Positions 46,669-59,759 are shown, numbered from the whole stretch's first letter. The stretch: DNA of 59,759 nt, filler included, from Sphacelaria rigidula (GCA_964200075.2; 7 parts of 7 records of this genome joined end to end with filler, not necessarily neighbours in it); one strand, 5' to 3'. The notes: generated by a model from the letters alone, not told the origin. Program-made: numbers and translations.

Positions 46669-49600
46669 ATGCGCAGTGAGACGGTTGGCAACAACGAACC
46701 GGAACGATTTGATGTTGATGATGACGTTGTTGCAGGGCGTATTTTCAGGGACGTGAGTGTGGATGAAGACAATCCTCCTCCACATACTCACCCTAACCCT
46801 GTTGGTGCCCACTCCCCTGTACACCAACCAACCACTCAAAGCGCTGACAGGGTTCCCCTTATTCATTCTCAGATGGCATCTCTCCACGTGAGCCCTAATG
46901 CTACCAAAACCTTTCCCGACGATGACCTCCGCACCCAAACCGGTGCTGAACCCTGTAATCGCCCCACTCTGGCTGTTGATACGCCGTCCAAATCGGAACG
47001 ATCTCCGCCCACGCGTGACGGAGCACGCGACCGACTTAAGCAAACTCGCCCAGCCTTCATTCCCCCGTGCCACTGGTACAACTTTTCGTTAAATGAACAA
47101 GCAGAGTGCTGGAATCAGATTGACAACAGCAATCTAGCACAGCTTGAACGTGCGTTGAGGGAGTTGGAGTTTGCCCGCCGCCAGGCGGGTCAATACGAGA
47201 GTTTTTCAGGGGGTGCAAAAGCCCGCACAGGTCCCCCGTAAGATAGATGTCCATCCGGAGAAAAAGCCAACGGAACAGAGCAAACTAGAGCGCGCGATAC
47301 CCGAATCCACGAAAACTCTGGAAATTGTGGAGAAATAATATGAACTAATAATATAAAGATACTCAGACACTTCGCACCAGTTTTCACTATGTTGGTAAAC
47401 CTGGCCGTCACAACTCCATTCGTACGGTCGCTTACACCGCTAACGTTGTTCATCGCCTGAACCACCTGACCTGGTACATTTTCAACCGCATGCACCGACC
47501 CATTCACAAAACGGTAGGCGTTTACACATGAGTGGACCTAGTGCCGCTGCTGAACCCCGCCAGAGCGGCACCCACACAACACTGATGCTCACCTAACAAC
47601 TTGACAACCCTCTGGGAACGTTCTACAGGTTCCGGAGATTCCAAATAACATCCAGTGGGGTAATCCAGGACGTGTTGCTTAGCCCAAAGCCTAAGCGCCG
47701 CCACCTGCCTGTTTATTTTCTACTTCTGTAGTTCATTTCTCATCAGTCGGTACAATCCCACATTCAGGAACAATGACCGGTAATTCACCCCAGATGTATC
47801 CAACAATTTAATGTCAACAATTTGTTTTCGCTCGGCCAGGTCACGAACATCACACACGTGAATCAACGGCGGCCACCGCGGGTTCAACCACGTGGTGTGG
47901 GTTCCCTGGATATGCTGACACTGTCTTGAAGGGTTCCGAGACAGTCGAAGCCCGTGCACCGTTGCATGGATATCGATTGAGCAGTGACCAAGCCAAACGT
48001 TTGAATCCTAGATGTGATCACCCAGTTTTACATCCACCAGGTACTAATCATATTCAATCGAACCCCTTCCCTTTGGAGGAGGGAAAGTCATGTAGTGCAG
48101 ACTCTAACGCATCCGGAGCCGAAATATCTTTGGGTACGGTAGACGCTGCCTCTTCGACCGTTCATCGGAGAACACCAAATTTAAAGCCACACACACAACC
48201 ACCCCCCAGCTGCTCAAGTGCCCGGCTAACCGCCCTACCGAGTTCCGCAAAAACTACGGTACCCGGTTCCCTTTTATTTGATGAGCGTAAATATTCCTTG
48301 AAGGGTCGCAAGCGCAAAGAACCTGTGCTTTCTGTCGCTCAGCGGGTTGGAACGGAACCCCAAGTGACAGCGACTCAGGTGGTGCGTCAAGAGCGTGACC
48401 TAGGTTCGACTGTCCAAGAACTCATTTCAATAGCTCCTGGAGCCGCCGATCCTTTCGTGCGCTACACCCGTCACCCTAGGCGGACTCCTCCAGATGATCA
48501 TGTAGATAACCCTGATGTAGCAAGCACACGTGAACTCCAAGGAAGAGATTGCGTGTGGGCTAAGACAGATGAAAACCTTAGAGTGGAACAGGCCGGTACT
48601 CCCCAGATTTCGAACAGATCGTTACTACTCCCTGACCACCCCTCGTGCACTGCGTTAGAACCCATATTCGATGAAGCGTCGCCTTCTGTAGGGACAGAGA
48701 CTCCGCCGACAACTGAAACACCACGCACAGATCAATTGTCGGGTTCAACCACGACAGCTGCCCTTCCCCGGCATCGCCCCTCCGTTGCAGTATGTGAGAT
48801 TCAACCCTCGACTGATGAGACAAATATTCCAGGCACAAACACTGACACTCCCACCAAAAGCTTGTTCCACAGGATGATCAACGGGTGTAGTATATCACCT
48901 TCGTTCAAAACGCAAAGCAGGGTGTGTTAGATGTCTTACCCGAATTCGGGTCCGATCTCGTCAGTGGTACTGCAACAATGGATGATGCTTCTTTCGCGAC
49001 TAAGATAGGTTTACAGAGTGGAGCGCGTGCAAACTGTCATTTGATAGCTCTTGCACTACCAGACTCTAGTTCACCTCAAAGGTTCATTACAGCCAGCTGC
49101 TGGCAACAGATGATCAACGCGGGCGCGGCGAATGAGCGTTGTCTGTCCACCGTGCACCCTCGTGTTTTTGGTGGGTTTGGTTCCTCCACATCTCTTACGG
49201 TTAACCAATCGGTGAGACTAAGTGTACAATTATACCAGGATACGACTCCCACTGCTCGGTTATCCGTATGGGCACTAATTGTGCTCTACGGTTCCATTTC
49301 TTTCGATGTTTTGTTAGGTCGAGAAAGTTGGCGTCGTTTTTCCACAAACACGTATACGACGGACACACCTGTCCCGAACCGTCCAGTCACAGGCCAACTG
49401 TCACTGGGTCACTTCGACAGAGTGATGCTACGGTAGGGTTGCACTTTTTGAGCGAAAATGTTTCTCGGGGTGTTGCACGGATCATTTTGAGAACCGGCAT
49501 CATTTTCACTTGAAAAAGACTGAAAATGATGTTGATTCACGAAAAGGCCCCTGTGTGCATTTCCATGTCCTGTCCCCGGAGATTTGGGTTGCACAGTAAG

Positions 49601-51147
49601 CCCCATATATTTGGGCTCCTACAAAAACGAGGCCCAGAAACAAAGAGTGTAACCCCTATCGTAGCACTGCTCGACACTGATTCGGGAGCTCATGCTTATG
49701 AGGATGACCCCACGCAAACAGATAATGCTCTCCGTCTGTACTATGTTGGTGAACCTGTAGTCTCTCTTTCTCGTGAACCCTAATCTATTCAAGTGAACCT
49801 CGTGAGACGCAATGGATCGCCCGCCCTCACAGAACATTATTTGGTCGAATTGCTCAAACCTGACCAAGCACAGATTGGTCCGTGTGAACAGACCGGAGTC
49901 TTTGTCCACGAAGGTAGACAGGCCATTCGCCTCATGTCCCCTGCATGTTTCAATATACTCAACGGTCAGTTGTTGGGTTATGCTCAAGTGCCTCTCATAC
50001 GAACAGCCCTGTCAGATGTGTGCCCCCCTGCGGACAACAGCTCGTCAACCGACCCCCCGAAATCCACGGGCCCCCCTCCGCTACACATGCATGACCCCAT
50101 GGTGGTGAAAAATCCACCAGATTTTCCCCAGAACAACGCGCCAGTTTTCAAACGTTATAGGATGACATTCCCCCTCACTTACGACATATTGTTTTTGATC
50201 TATCTGGCGATGGTTGGACACCCACTGTAATAGATAGATTGAGATCTATCTTGATAAGATATTTTGAACGGTTGTCTACTGCACCCTTGGATTAAAGTCG
50301 ATGTACCACGACACCGTTCAAGATCAAAATCCCTGATGGCACTCCGTCTATCGCTTTGCGTCCTTAACGTACGAACCCCATCTGAGCGGCTAAGATCCAG
50401 GTAATTCTCGATGGTTACTTATCCGCCGATTTAATTCGGCACTCGACGTCTCCGTGGGCATCGCCTTTAGTAGTCATCCGTAAGAAAAATGGCAAATTCA
50501 GGCTAACGGTCAATTATCAACGATTGAACGCTATCACCAAAATCGCCCGGCTGCTACTTCCACAGATTGATGAAATTATTGGCTCTCTTGGGGGTAAGGT
50601 ATTTCGAACTTTGACATGCAGTCCGGCTACCATCAACTCGTGATGGATCCGAATTCCATTGAACTGACAGCGTTTTGCACGCCATCAGGTCTGTACGAGT
50701 GGCTGGTTACACCACACGGTGCCGCTGGAGCTCCAGGTGCGTTTCAACCTGTAATGTTCCGTGTGACTGATGGATTGCCCAAATGCCATATATATGTACC
50801 TTGATGATGCGGTGTGCCACGACTCCACACCGGCTGAACACGTCGAACAGTTGGCATCATTCTTCAATCGGTTTGAACAACACAACTTGAAACTCGCCCT
50901 CTCCAAATCCCGCATTGGCGCCACGAAGATCGAGTTCTTAGGTCATTGCATCGCTCCTGAAGGTCGTAGCCCAAGCCTCGACAAGGTCACCGCACTCGCC
51001 GATATGCCCATGCCACGGGACATTTCTCAACTGCGTTCCTTGTTGGGAGGTCTAAGCTACTACAGACAGTACTTGCCAAACCTTGCCCAAACGCTAAAAC
51101 CCCTCCCCACCCTCCTCAAAAAAGGGGTGAAATCTGTGTTCACATTG
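46669..51147 (+). mobile_element. Ty3/gypsy retrotransposon gag-pol relic, disrupted; the 5' region may extend back to ~44500
   Basis: RT motifs SPWASPLVVIRKKNGKFRLTVNYQRLN, MQSGYHQL, TAFCTPSGLYEW, YLDD, IEFLGH and QLRSLLGGLSYYRQY. Protease-like FDVLLGRE, with gag-like ORFs upstream. Interrupted at 51148 by a MITE. Confidence 0.9.
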
Positions 51148-51209
51148 GAGTCATCCTACGATAGGGGGGGGGGTATTTTGGGCCATTTGTTGCTCGATAT
51201 TTCGAGTCA
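51148..51209. mobile_element. Left end of the Sola2-like MITE inserted in gypsy pol
   Basis: GAGTCATCCTACGATAGGGGGG is the same as the terminus at 20762. Confidence 0.8.
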
Positions 51210-51654
51210 NNNNNNNNNNNNNNNNNNNNNNNNNNNNNNNNNNNNNNNNNNNNTTAATTAATTAANNNNNNNNNNNNNNNNNNNNNNNNNNNNNNNNNNN
51301 NNNNNNNNNTCGTCTGTGTCGATGAGATATTGCTGTTAGAGCTTAAATCCGTTTCTAGGCTGGCCCAGCTCGTACCTGTATACTGAATATGCCAAGTAAT
51401 ACGATAAGCCATGCTCCAAGCATCCTGGCTTTGGGAGCCTGGGAAGGCTTATCTGGGCCAGGGATAGGCCCCCCACACGATCTTTGCAGTGACGTTACAC
51501 TCAGCAACAGTCCCCGCGCTGGTCGTTCTGGTCTGGTCGATAAATTTCGCCTCACCGTGATTGGGCAGGTCGCTCCTTGACTTATTTTTTCATTATTTCA
51601 CCAACACATGGTCAAGCCCGTGTGTTAGTAGGGGGTAGGTCCCAAAAAGGGTAA

Positions 51655-51910
51655 AATGGCGAGCACTGGAGTCATTGCTCGAATTGTAAAAAAATGAAAA
51701 GGGCGAGCACTCGAGCCATTGCTTGTTGTGGGAAAAAATGAATAGGGCGAGCACTCGAGTCACTGCTCATTGTAAAAAAAGTAATGACCCGAGCGCACGA
51801 GTCATCGCTCGTTGTAAAAAAAAGTGATGACTCGAGCACACGAGTCATGCTCGTCGTGTTTTCAAAAAAGATGCACGAGTGCACTCATTTGGACGAGTGA
51901 TGGCTCGTCC
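51655..51910. repeat. Imperfect ~40-50-bp tandem array with GAGCACTCGAGTCA..GCTC core and A-tracts, probably subterminal repeats of a DNA transposon
   Basis: About five or six visible copies of GAGC.C.CGAG.CA..GCT. Confidence 0.7.
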
Positions 51911-53990
51911 GACGTGTTCAAATTTTCAATACACAAATACCATGAGTGGGCCGGTAAGTGGCCTACACAACACTGTCCCTAATTTCTACCGGCCCGGCTT
52001 TTACAAGGCCCATTCGCAATTTCATACTCAGAGGTGGACTCCATGATTTAGTATGGACAATCGATAGAGCATGAAAAAAAGTGTGCATGGACCCAGAGTT
52101 TTTTTCTCTTCATGGGTTACAATCAGTTTTTAGGTTCCAGTAAAATGCCGAAAAATGATGAACATAAAAAATTGTGACTCCATGCGTATTTTTTTTTATT
52201 ATGGCCTTTTGAGTCCATACCAAATTTTAGGGTTCAACTCTCAAGTATGAAATTGCGGATGGGCCTGCAAACTCCAAATCCGCTTTTAGGCTGGCCCAGC
52301 CCACTGTTGTTCAATTTACAACGTGGCCAAGATATTGGTCCGCCGAGTGTTGGAGGCACGCGGACAGATGATTCAATCGAAGCTAAAGCGAGGATTATGC
52401 TCCTGTACAGCGTGCCGTGTTGCGGACTTGTGGCGGGTGAGCCATCTTCACCAGGTAACGACGACTAGAAAGACACGACCTTCTTCACTGCACTGCTCAC
52501 CGCTTGACCCATCTCGTTGCCTGACAGCGACCGCGATGGAAGTGCACCAAACGATAACAAAAATAACACCTTGCCGAGACGAGGCCTCATGGTCGAAAGG
52601 TGGACTTCATTGATGTGCTCCCGTATCGCGACGTCATGTTTCGTTTAACGAGTTTCGTTCTCCCTTGTATCTTCGTACGTGCCGCTCGCGTTGTGTTCAT
52701 TTTCCCTCGCAGAGATGCTTGACGCGAGCAGCCAAGTACGGACCTCAAAATGTGGCCATCAGGTCAGAGCTACGCAACTTATCGAGATTGGCTCAAGAAA
52801 GTGGCAGAGCAATCGCTGCGGACGGTACCACAGCGGGTAGTAGTCGGGGCGGGCACGGTATCCAGGCATCGCGCGATCGGATGGGAAGAACATGAGAGAT
52901 GCCTCATAGCCTGCCTGACGGGAGCCTTCCCAGGCACATGCGGAGTCGAGTTGATTGACTGTAGGACGTAAAATTGTAGCACGTATGTTCTTCGTAGGAG
53001 TATTTGTGGGTTATTGTTCGCAACTGTTGCAAATGGGATAAGCATTATTTTATACAAGATTTCCCTGGTCGTACAGGACCCAATGATACCGCAAGATTAC
53101 GTCTTCCTCTCCTCTTCAAGTCGGCACATCGTGCGCTGGTTCCCTCACAACGAGGCCCCACCCTTGCTCGGGCCTGAGGGTTTTCCCTTCGCACTCAAAA
53201 TTGCAGCGAAGCAACTGAACGTGGGGACAGGACAGGTGCCAAACTGTCCGGTCCGCACGATTGCTGCACTACTGACACTTGTACAGTATAGACCTAGACA
53301 CATGCAACAAGACAACCACGAGCGACAATAAACTATTTATTTAGCTATTGTAAAACCACGACCTACGGACCCCCCCCATCAATTCAAAATGAATAAGCAT
53401 CGCATATCAAAGCTGGACCGCATAATCACCACATCACGCCCCTTGAAAGAAACAGTCGAGAGTTGTAGTTGGGGACGATAAGTTACGAGAGAGCCACGAT
53501 TTACACTGCCCGCGTCCTTGCACATTAATTTTCCCCTGAAAATAGGATACACAGGTGTAGGATGCATACATCTAACACTGCGGACACAACACCAATGCAA
53601 GACGGATTACGGCCGCAACGATGGGAGAGTCGTTGACTTCCCCCCTCGCTTCTGCCGACGCATTTTCGCAACCCAGATTGTCTCTATATGGATTAGAAGA
53701 TTTTGCATCGGCGAAAAAGCCCGTCTATATATAGACAAAATATCGACGAGAGCTCCCGAAGACACCTCTCAGTAGTCACTACAATTACACAGCCCTGATG
53801 GCGGGGGAAAGGAAGGGTGGCGGTTGAATTGCATCACCGGGGGTGTCTACCGAGCAAACCACGGGAAGTATATTCTTTACAGGAGCCTGTTGTTTGGCAA
53901 AACGATCCCCAAGACTAACTCATTAGCACGCTGCTACTACGACAGTAGGTAGCAAAATGCACAAATGATCGATCGACACTACACCATGAC

Positions 53991-56900
53991 CTTAAGCTGC
54001 GGAAAGCTGGAAACCCCCCACCGTAGCAGAATACTCTTCTGCCTGCAGACAAAGGTTAAAAAAAATGAGAAAAAAAAAAACGTTGCTACTTTCATCTCCC
54101 TCCTCTAGTGGCCAGATCACGAGCAGCACATCAATATTCTTGCTCTTTCGACCACCACCCCGAACTAGCGTTGATGGCATTTAACAACAGGAGATCACGG
54201 ATAAACCATATCCGCGTCACCACCGTGTGTGCTGCGGAAGACTAACAGACCGGCGCGCACGCCGAGGCACAACATACGAAAATAATAAAGGACTGCACGC
54301 GGATTAACGACGATCCTGCGGTTGTGCGGCTGGCTTCCTATGTTCTAGATCTGCACTAAAAATTACTGTCGATCGAGTATCTTCACCGTGACGGGTGCCG
54401 AGATAGCCGTGCTTCGACTTCGTCAAACTGCGTAGCACCACAGGTGTATGGACGGGGCGAGGGAGGGGGAGGAGGGACCGACACAAAACAAGGTCAGGGC
54501 AGCCAATCCAAAACTTTCAAGGATGAGCACAAACGCTCATCTACTAGAGTTGCGGCAGTGGCAGTTTGATAGTTCGGGTCTCCCAACCGACGCAAAAGGT
54601 GCACCGTCGGAAGCAAGGTGAATGAACTCTTCGCATTATGCTGCCGAGCAACATCAAATCAATGGTTTGCGGCATTTTCTGTAAGCAAGCACGCGAGGTG
54701 CTTCGCTACCTATACATCTCCGACGTTGAACGCACAACACATAGTCAAGGAGTCACGATTCGCCAAAGCAACCCAAAAAATAACGGAGCTAGGGCCTTCA
54801 GCATGAACGCACATCGTCGCTGTCTCCAAGGCTTGAGCCATTCCGGACAGCAGACTCGCCGGGCTCGTGTATTACGTCCTCCCCGGGCGATACCCTGCCC
54901 GCGTCCTCCGACAAGTTCGACTGCAGCAACCCCGCCTGTTGTCCCTCCAGCATTTTGTACGCCACCTGCTGGGCGTCGGTTTTGTGAAGATACGGAAGTC
55001 ATGAAAAAGGAAATGCATTCTAGACGCTGGTCGCCCCGGTGACTCAGTTTGTGACCTCGAAACCATCTGACGGTTGGGTCGTGGGTTCGAATCTCAGAGC
55101 TGTCCGGGATTTTTTTTCTTACAGCATGCCCAACAGTGGAGAGGACCATGTGGTGGGTACACAAAATTCGACTTCACGGTCGACGAGGGAAAGGGAATGC
55201 TGTACCCCCTCTCGCGATAAAAAATAAAGGCAAGAACCGCAGAAGGAAGGTGGAGTACTAAAAACAAACAAAAAAGAAAAAACTACTGTGTTGACCTTCC
55301 TCCTGTGTAACCCCGGCTGGTGCGCCCACACATTCAAAGCCCGGTGACAGAAAATAATAAAAATATTATACGGACTTAGACGACAAGTAAACAACCCATT
55401 CAGGAGTCAATCTTCTTTTCGACAAGATTGTGGTGGTATGACATCCGTCTACTGACAGCCTGCATGTGCTTCGTCAGATATGATATCCATCCGGTGAAAT
55501 ATTTCACGATCGACACAAGGCATGACTTTACCTCCAGCGCCGATGACAGCATCTTCAGCGTGGCGGTGTTGCGGAGTGCCTGAACCTCCAACTCGGAGAT
55601 CCGGCTATCTCGCTCCTCACAGGACGTTCGGAGAGCCTGCACGTCAAGTGTCGCGGCATAAGGACATGGGAGGGATAAGGATACAGCAAATGGCGATACA
55701 GAGTCATGGCTTCAGCCATACCTTTGGTGGCCTTGCTCGTGATACGAGCGTCACAATGCAGCCAAATAGCTGGCGTTGCAACGTCAAATACGTAATGGAC
55801 CTGTCCTTACCCTCACTCTCAACCAAGAGTGATGCTACGGTAGGGATGCACAATTTTTGCTGAACACGTGTTGAAATTTCAAATGCCTATACCTTCTTCT
55901 CTCCTTTTTTTCTTTGCTGCTGACGTCATCTCCTGCATTTCGATCATAAAAAACTGCTGTCAAAATTTCAGCGTCCAACTCCTAATATCGCGCCGTGCGT
56001 CGCCTGAGCGAGATTCACACCTACTCTTGGCTGGTCCAGCTCGTAAACTATCTCTCATGATGAAAAAAAAGTGTCAGAAAACGCGTTTCCCGACAACAGG
56101 CCAAAAACCCACTTCTTATGTGATCAGAAAACGCGTTTTAGGCCGTTTCTTCCGGTTCGTATTTCCCACTTTAGGGACATTTGACAAGGTTTTTGACCCC
56201 AAAGCAGGGAAATTCGCCACCACACGTCTTGGACACTTTGTATCACCCCACCGAGAGGAGCCTAGCCCACCTTCCCGGTTCGCTCGGGTCAGAAATTTTT
56301 AGAGCTACCTCTGCACAAAAATACCAGAAATACGAGGAAAACATATATTGCACAGTATGTAGGTTACCTACATACTGTGCAATGGATGTTTTCCTCGTAT
56401 TTTTGTCCCGAGGTCGCTTTAAAAATCTCTGACCCAAGCGAATCGGGAAGGTGGGCTAGGCTCCTCTCGGTGGGGTGATACAAAGTGTCCAAGACGTGTG
56501 GTGGCGATTTTCCCTGCTTTGGGGTCAAAAACCTTGTCAAATGTTCTAAAAGTGGAAATTCCGAGCCAAACAAAATACGAACCGGAAGAAACGGCCTTAC
56601 GACGAGAACTTTTCTGATAACCTTTGACCATTCGAAAAGTGTTCAAGAAAAAACGTTTTAACACACCCTACAGTCCAGACAGCACCTGTGATGGCTTGGC
56701 TGCCATCACTACTGCTATCGCTGGTGCTCGCGGCAGCGTGTTGTATATTTGTCCTTCGCACGCCAGTGGCGTGGTGGCCCTTTACCCCATGAGAACAGCA
56801 CAGGGTAGGGTCGATGACGAGTGCTGTACAGACAAGACAGTCTAAATGTAGTCCGTACGATACTGTAGCTCAGTTCAGGTCTGTGCAGGCATAGGGTTGC

Positions 56901-59465
56901 GAACAGACGTCGCTCTAAGTAGTACAGGCTGACTACGCACCCAAGCCTTGTAGATACACGACCGTACTGATAGTACACACAAGACTACGGATAGTGCTAC
57001 TGTTGTAGTAGCACAGTCGATGCATACAACACAGCCCTGTCTAGAGCTGTGAACTGGACCAGTTTGTACTGGCAGTTAAACTGGAACTGGTGATGAGGAC
57101 TCCGGTTTATTTGAAGTTTGCCGTTACCGCCGGTGTTTATACCATTTTTAGTATGGTGCGTTTATAGAAAAAAATGCTTACATGATTACGAACAAAATGG
57201 CAAAAGGATTGGGGTCTGAACCTGACAACAGTACAGGTACAAACAGTACAGTACAGTGCTCGTGGTCACTACACCTCGAAGTGAAATTGCGGATATATGC
57301 CAGGTTTGTCGTTTCATAGCACGACATACATCTGGAATAAAAAATAGCACACAAACGGTAATCCGTGACCACAAAATAAAGACTACACCATGGCTTGCAA
57401 TTCAACTGCATGCGTGCTTGTGGGTCCGGACGTCAATCATTTGGCGCTCTTGTCTCCGCGTGCTGCCAGCCTTGGCTTGTTCGCATCCTCCTCTCCTCAC
57501 GAACAGTCTGCTGCTGCATGTTACAGGTGAATGGTTTTCGAATCGCTCACCGCTTTGAATGGGATTTGAATGTCATCCGAGAGTGCCCCAAAAAAACACT
57601 CCGAGACCCTATGCCCCTTTTGAATCTTGGAGTCTCTCGGGGGGAGGGGGGTACTAAATCTTATACACGATTAAAAATATGAAGGATGAAATAAAAATAA
57701 TATTCTGTTAAAAAACGTCTCTTTTTATAACGGGTCTTCCTTTACATAGAAGGTGGCCTCGAAATCGTTAGGAGCCCTTTATCTCGTCCCAAACACGACT
57801 TATGAAATGTGTGAGTACGCCAGGATTACTATTCCAACGTGCTAGGGATATCCCGAATGAATTTGCAAGCGGGGATGCCCTGACCCGGATCATTGTGCAT
57901 CTAGCATCGTTATGAGCCCCTGACCCAGACAACATTTCGCGCAAAAAAAAAGCCACGACATCATCATGACAATATGTGTGGGACCACTACATGAGCATTG
58001 CTGTTTGGAAAGACGAAAAAAACAGGCCAGAGAAGAGCCATGCTACGATAGCGGGGGAAGGGGGGGTCTTTTGGGTCATTTCTTCTACGAAATTCCACCG
58101 CAAATCGTCGTTGAAAGCAACATGGAATGGTTGAACACGCTTCTTGCCGGCAAATAACGCTCTTTCATACTGCTTGACACCGTTTTTACCCCAATTGAGT
58201 GCGAGCCTGGTCCAGCGAAAACCCGGCGTGCTCCGTCCCGGCATTGTAGGGATGCGAGGTCAACGGTCTCGTGACTACGCCATGCATGATCATGAGTACA
58301 TCCCCTCCCTCTTGCAGCATGACTCAGAGGTCCGATCAAGGATCTCACTCCGTTCAAAGATTCTTGTACCAACTCTACTGTCTACCTACATAGAGCACAT
58401 ACGGAGCGCGGCAGCACAAGACGCCATAACGCCCTCTAGCTCCAAAGCGGGCACAATAACCACAAACTCAGTGTTCATCATTGAAAAATCCTCAAAGCAA
58501 AGTCTTGGATCACTACACGATGAGCACTGTCGTACTCGACTTCGCTCACCTCTATCTCCTGCTGCATCTCCTCGAGTCTCGCCTCGCCTTCCTCGCCCAG
58601 CCCACCCCCCATTTCTCGTACCGCCATCCCATCGCTGCCCCCACTGAGATGTTCTCGATCTGCCAGCGCGCTCTCGACCTGAGTTGGGAGGAGGTGAGGG
58701 GGGGATTTCGGCAAAACGAATGAGGGCGGGCCACAAACATATCTCGAAAAAAAATTATATATATATATATATATATATTGCCCACGCCAAACAAGCCATA
58801 CCCGAAAACGGAATTTTTCGAAAGAGTAGAGGAATTAAAGGGAAGAGGAGGTAATATTGGACCCCCAAGAAGTTGACGACTGACGCATTTCAAACCCGAC
58901 AGAAGTCGTATGTCGGCCCCATACAAGCTCAGTACGAACAACTTCCATTCGTCGGTATATATCGAAACATGTCCCGACCGCGAGACTTCGACTGCTACTG
59001 AAACAACCGAAACAGTGGCCGGCCAGCATTGTGACCACATGATTTCAACGGTAGCATTCATCCATCCTCAGGGAATTATCGCAGATCCATCTCTTGCCAC
59101 CTACACACTACACAAAGCGAAAAGCATAACCGTGCTGCGCTATATGCACCCCCTCATGAGAAAAAATATTTGCCTCCTCAACATGCATCGCTAGCGGAAT
59201 GCTGACACTCAACAAAGTGTAGGCTCACCCAAATTGTGCGTCGCAAAGGAGACGACAGACAGAAGGGCACGTCGTGTTTTCGGCCCCAAGTGCAGCAAAC
59301 GCGAATGGAAAATGATACCGTGCCAACAAGAAAGGCGCTGAAAATCGACGACACCTAGAAAGTAGTGCTCTCTGTTTTTTCACGATTTCCACTGACCGCG
59401 CGTTCGACCATGTTGGTCACTTGTATTTCCATATCTTCCGAGTCCATCCAGTGATGCCCCGTACC
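53991..59465 (-). CDS. Multi-exon gene for a coiled-coil protein of unknown function, partial; exons 59397-59465, 58550-58678, 55532-55636, 54813-54965, 54387-54427, 53991-54042
   Basis: cag|/|gt-bounded and phase-consistent: GTGHHWMDSEDMEIQVTNMVERA|VESALADREHL...EARLEEMQQEIE|ALRTSCEERDSRISELEVQALRNTATLKMLSSALE|VAYKMLEGQQ...GDSDD|FDEVEARLSRHPSR|QKSILLRWGVSSFPQLK. A heptad-like E/Q/L-rich segment spans the junctions. Confidence 0.7.
55029..55345 (+). mobile_element. tRNA-derived SINE
   Basis: A-box-like TGACTCAGTTTG and B box GGTTCGAATCT, followed by the family body. Confidence 0.85.
56123..56618. repeat. Long near-perfect palindrome centred on 56365, ~240-bp arms, intronic
   Basis: The centre is ATTGCACAGTATGTAGG-TTA-CCTACATACTGTGCAAT. 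ORFs 56181-56432 (+) and 56364-56573 (-) translate to nearly the same peptide, which confirms the arm identity. Confidence 0.95.
58197..58310 (+). mobile_element. Retroposon family A 3' tail
   Basis: ACCCGGCGTGCTCCGTCCCGGCATTGTAGGGATGCGAGGTCAACGGTCTCGTGACTACGCCATGCATGATCATGAGTACATCCCCTCCC. Confidence 0.8.
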
Positions 59466-59655
59466 CTGTACAATCAATCCACGGCAACAAAGGTAACGAA
59501 GGAGTTCAGGAGAGGACGGCGAACGATTAAAATTGATTGAAAAATAGGAATAACATGAGAGATAAAGAGCTTGCTCTTGACGGGAGCACAGACGAAGCCA
59601 GATTAGACCCAAGTGTGCAACACACTAGTTTGAGCCACCCAACTACAACACGATA

Positions 59656-59742
59656 CTCCGTCTCGAAAGGGATGCGTGGTCAATGGTCAAACGACCAAGG
59701 CAAGCAACACATGAGAAAGTCCCCCCCCCCCCCCCCCCCGCC
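59656..59742 (+). mobile_element. Retroposon family B 3' tail with poly(C)
   Basis: CTCCGTCTCGAAAGGGATGCGTGGTCAATGGTCAAACGACCAAGGCAAGCAACACATGAG followed by a long C-run. Confidence 0.85.
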
Positions 59743-59759
59743 TGGGCCGCCCACAACCC

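Noticed and set aside
52330..52840. Plus-strand TPR-like exon (RCLTRAAKYGPQNVAIRSELRNL)
   Set aside because: A single short resemblance with no consistent exon chain is too weak to call.

Overview
This is repeat-rich, intron-dense eukaryotic DNA. The style of the repeats and introns suggests a brown alga or other stramenopile, but that is an inference. The window is not one locus. It is seven contigs (1-8453, 8554-17005, 17106-25557, 25658-34108, 34209-42659, 42760-51209, 51310-59759; lengths 8453, 8452, 8452, 8451, 8451, 8450, 8450) joined in descending size order by an identical 100-nt N44-TTAATTAATTAA-N44 spacer, so adjacency across spacers means nothing. Host genes reconstructed by hand from splice sites and phase: two exons of a 1-Cys peroxiredoxin (Prx6 type), six exons of a prolyl 4-hydroxylase including a 21-nt micro-exon, a minus-strand coiled-coil protein gene, and two or three small-exon genes of unknown function. 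The rest is mobile DNA: two decayed RTE-type LINEs, a Ty1/copia and a Ty3/gypsy relic, a tRNA-derived SINE family, two retroposon families that share a structured 3' end and sit in C-rich tracts, hAT-, Tc1/mariner- and Sola2-like non-autonomous elements, long fold-back palindromes and microsatellites. I see no convincing new multi-gene system. The most interesting items are the C-tract-associated retroposon pair with a conserved RNA fold, two long intronic hairpins, and a decayed unknown ORF present on two unlinked contigs.
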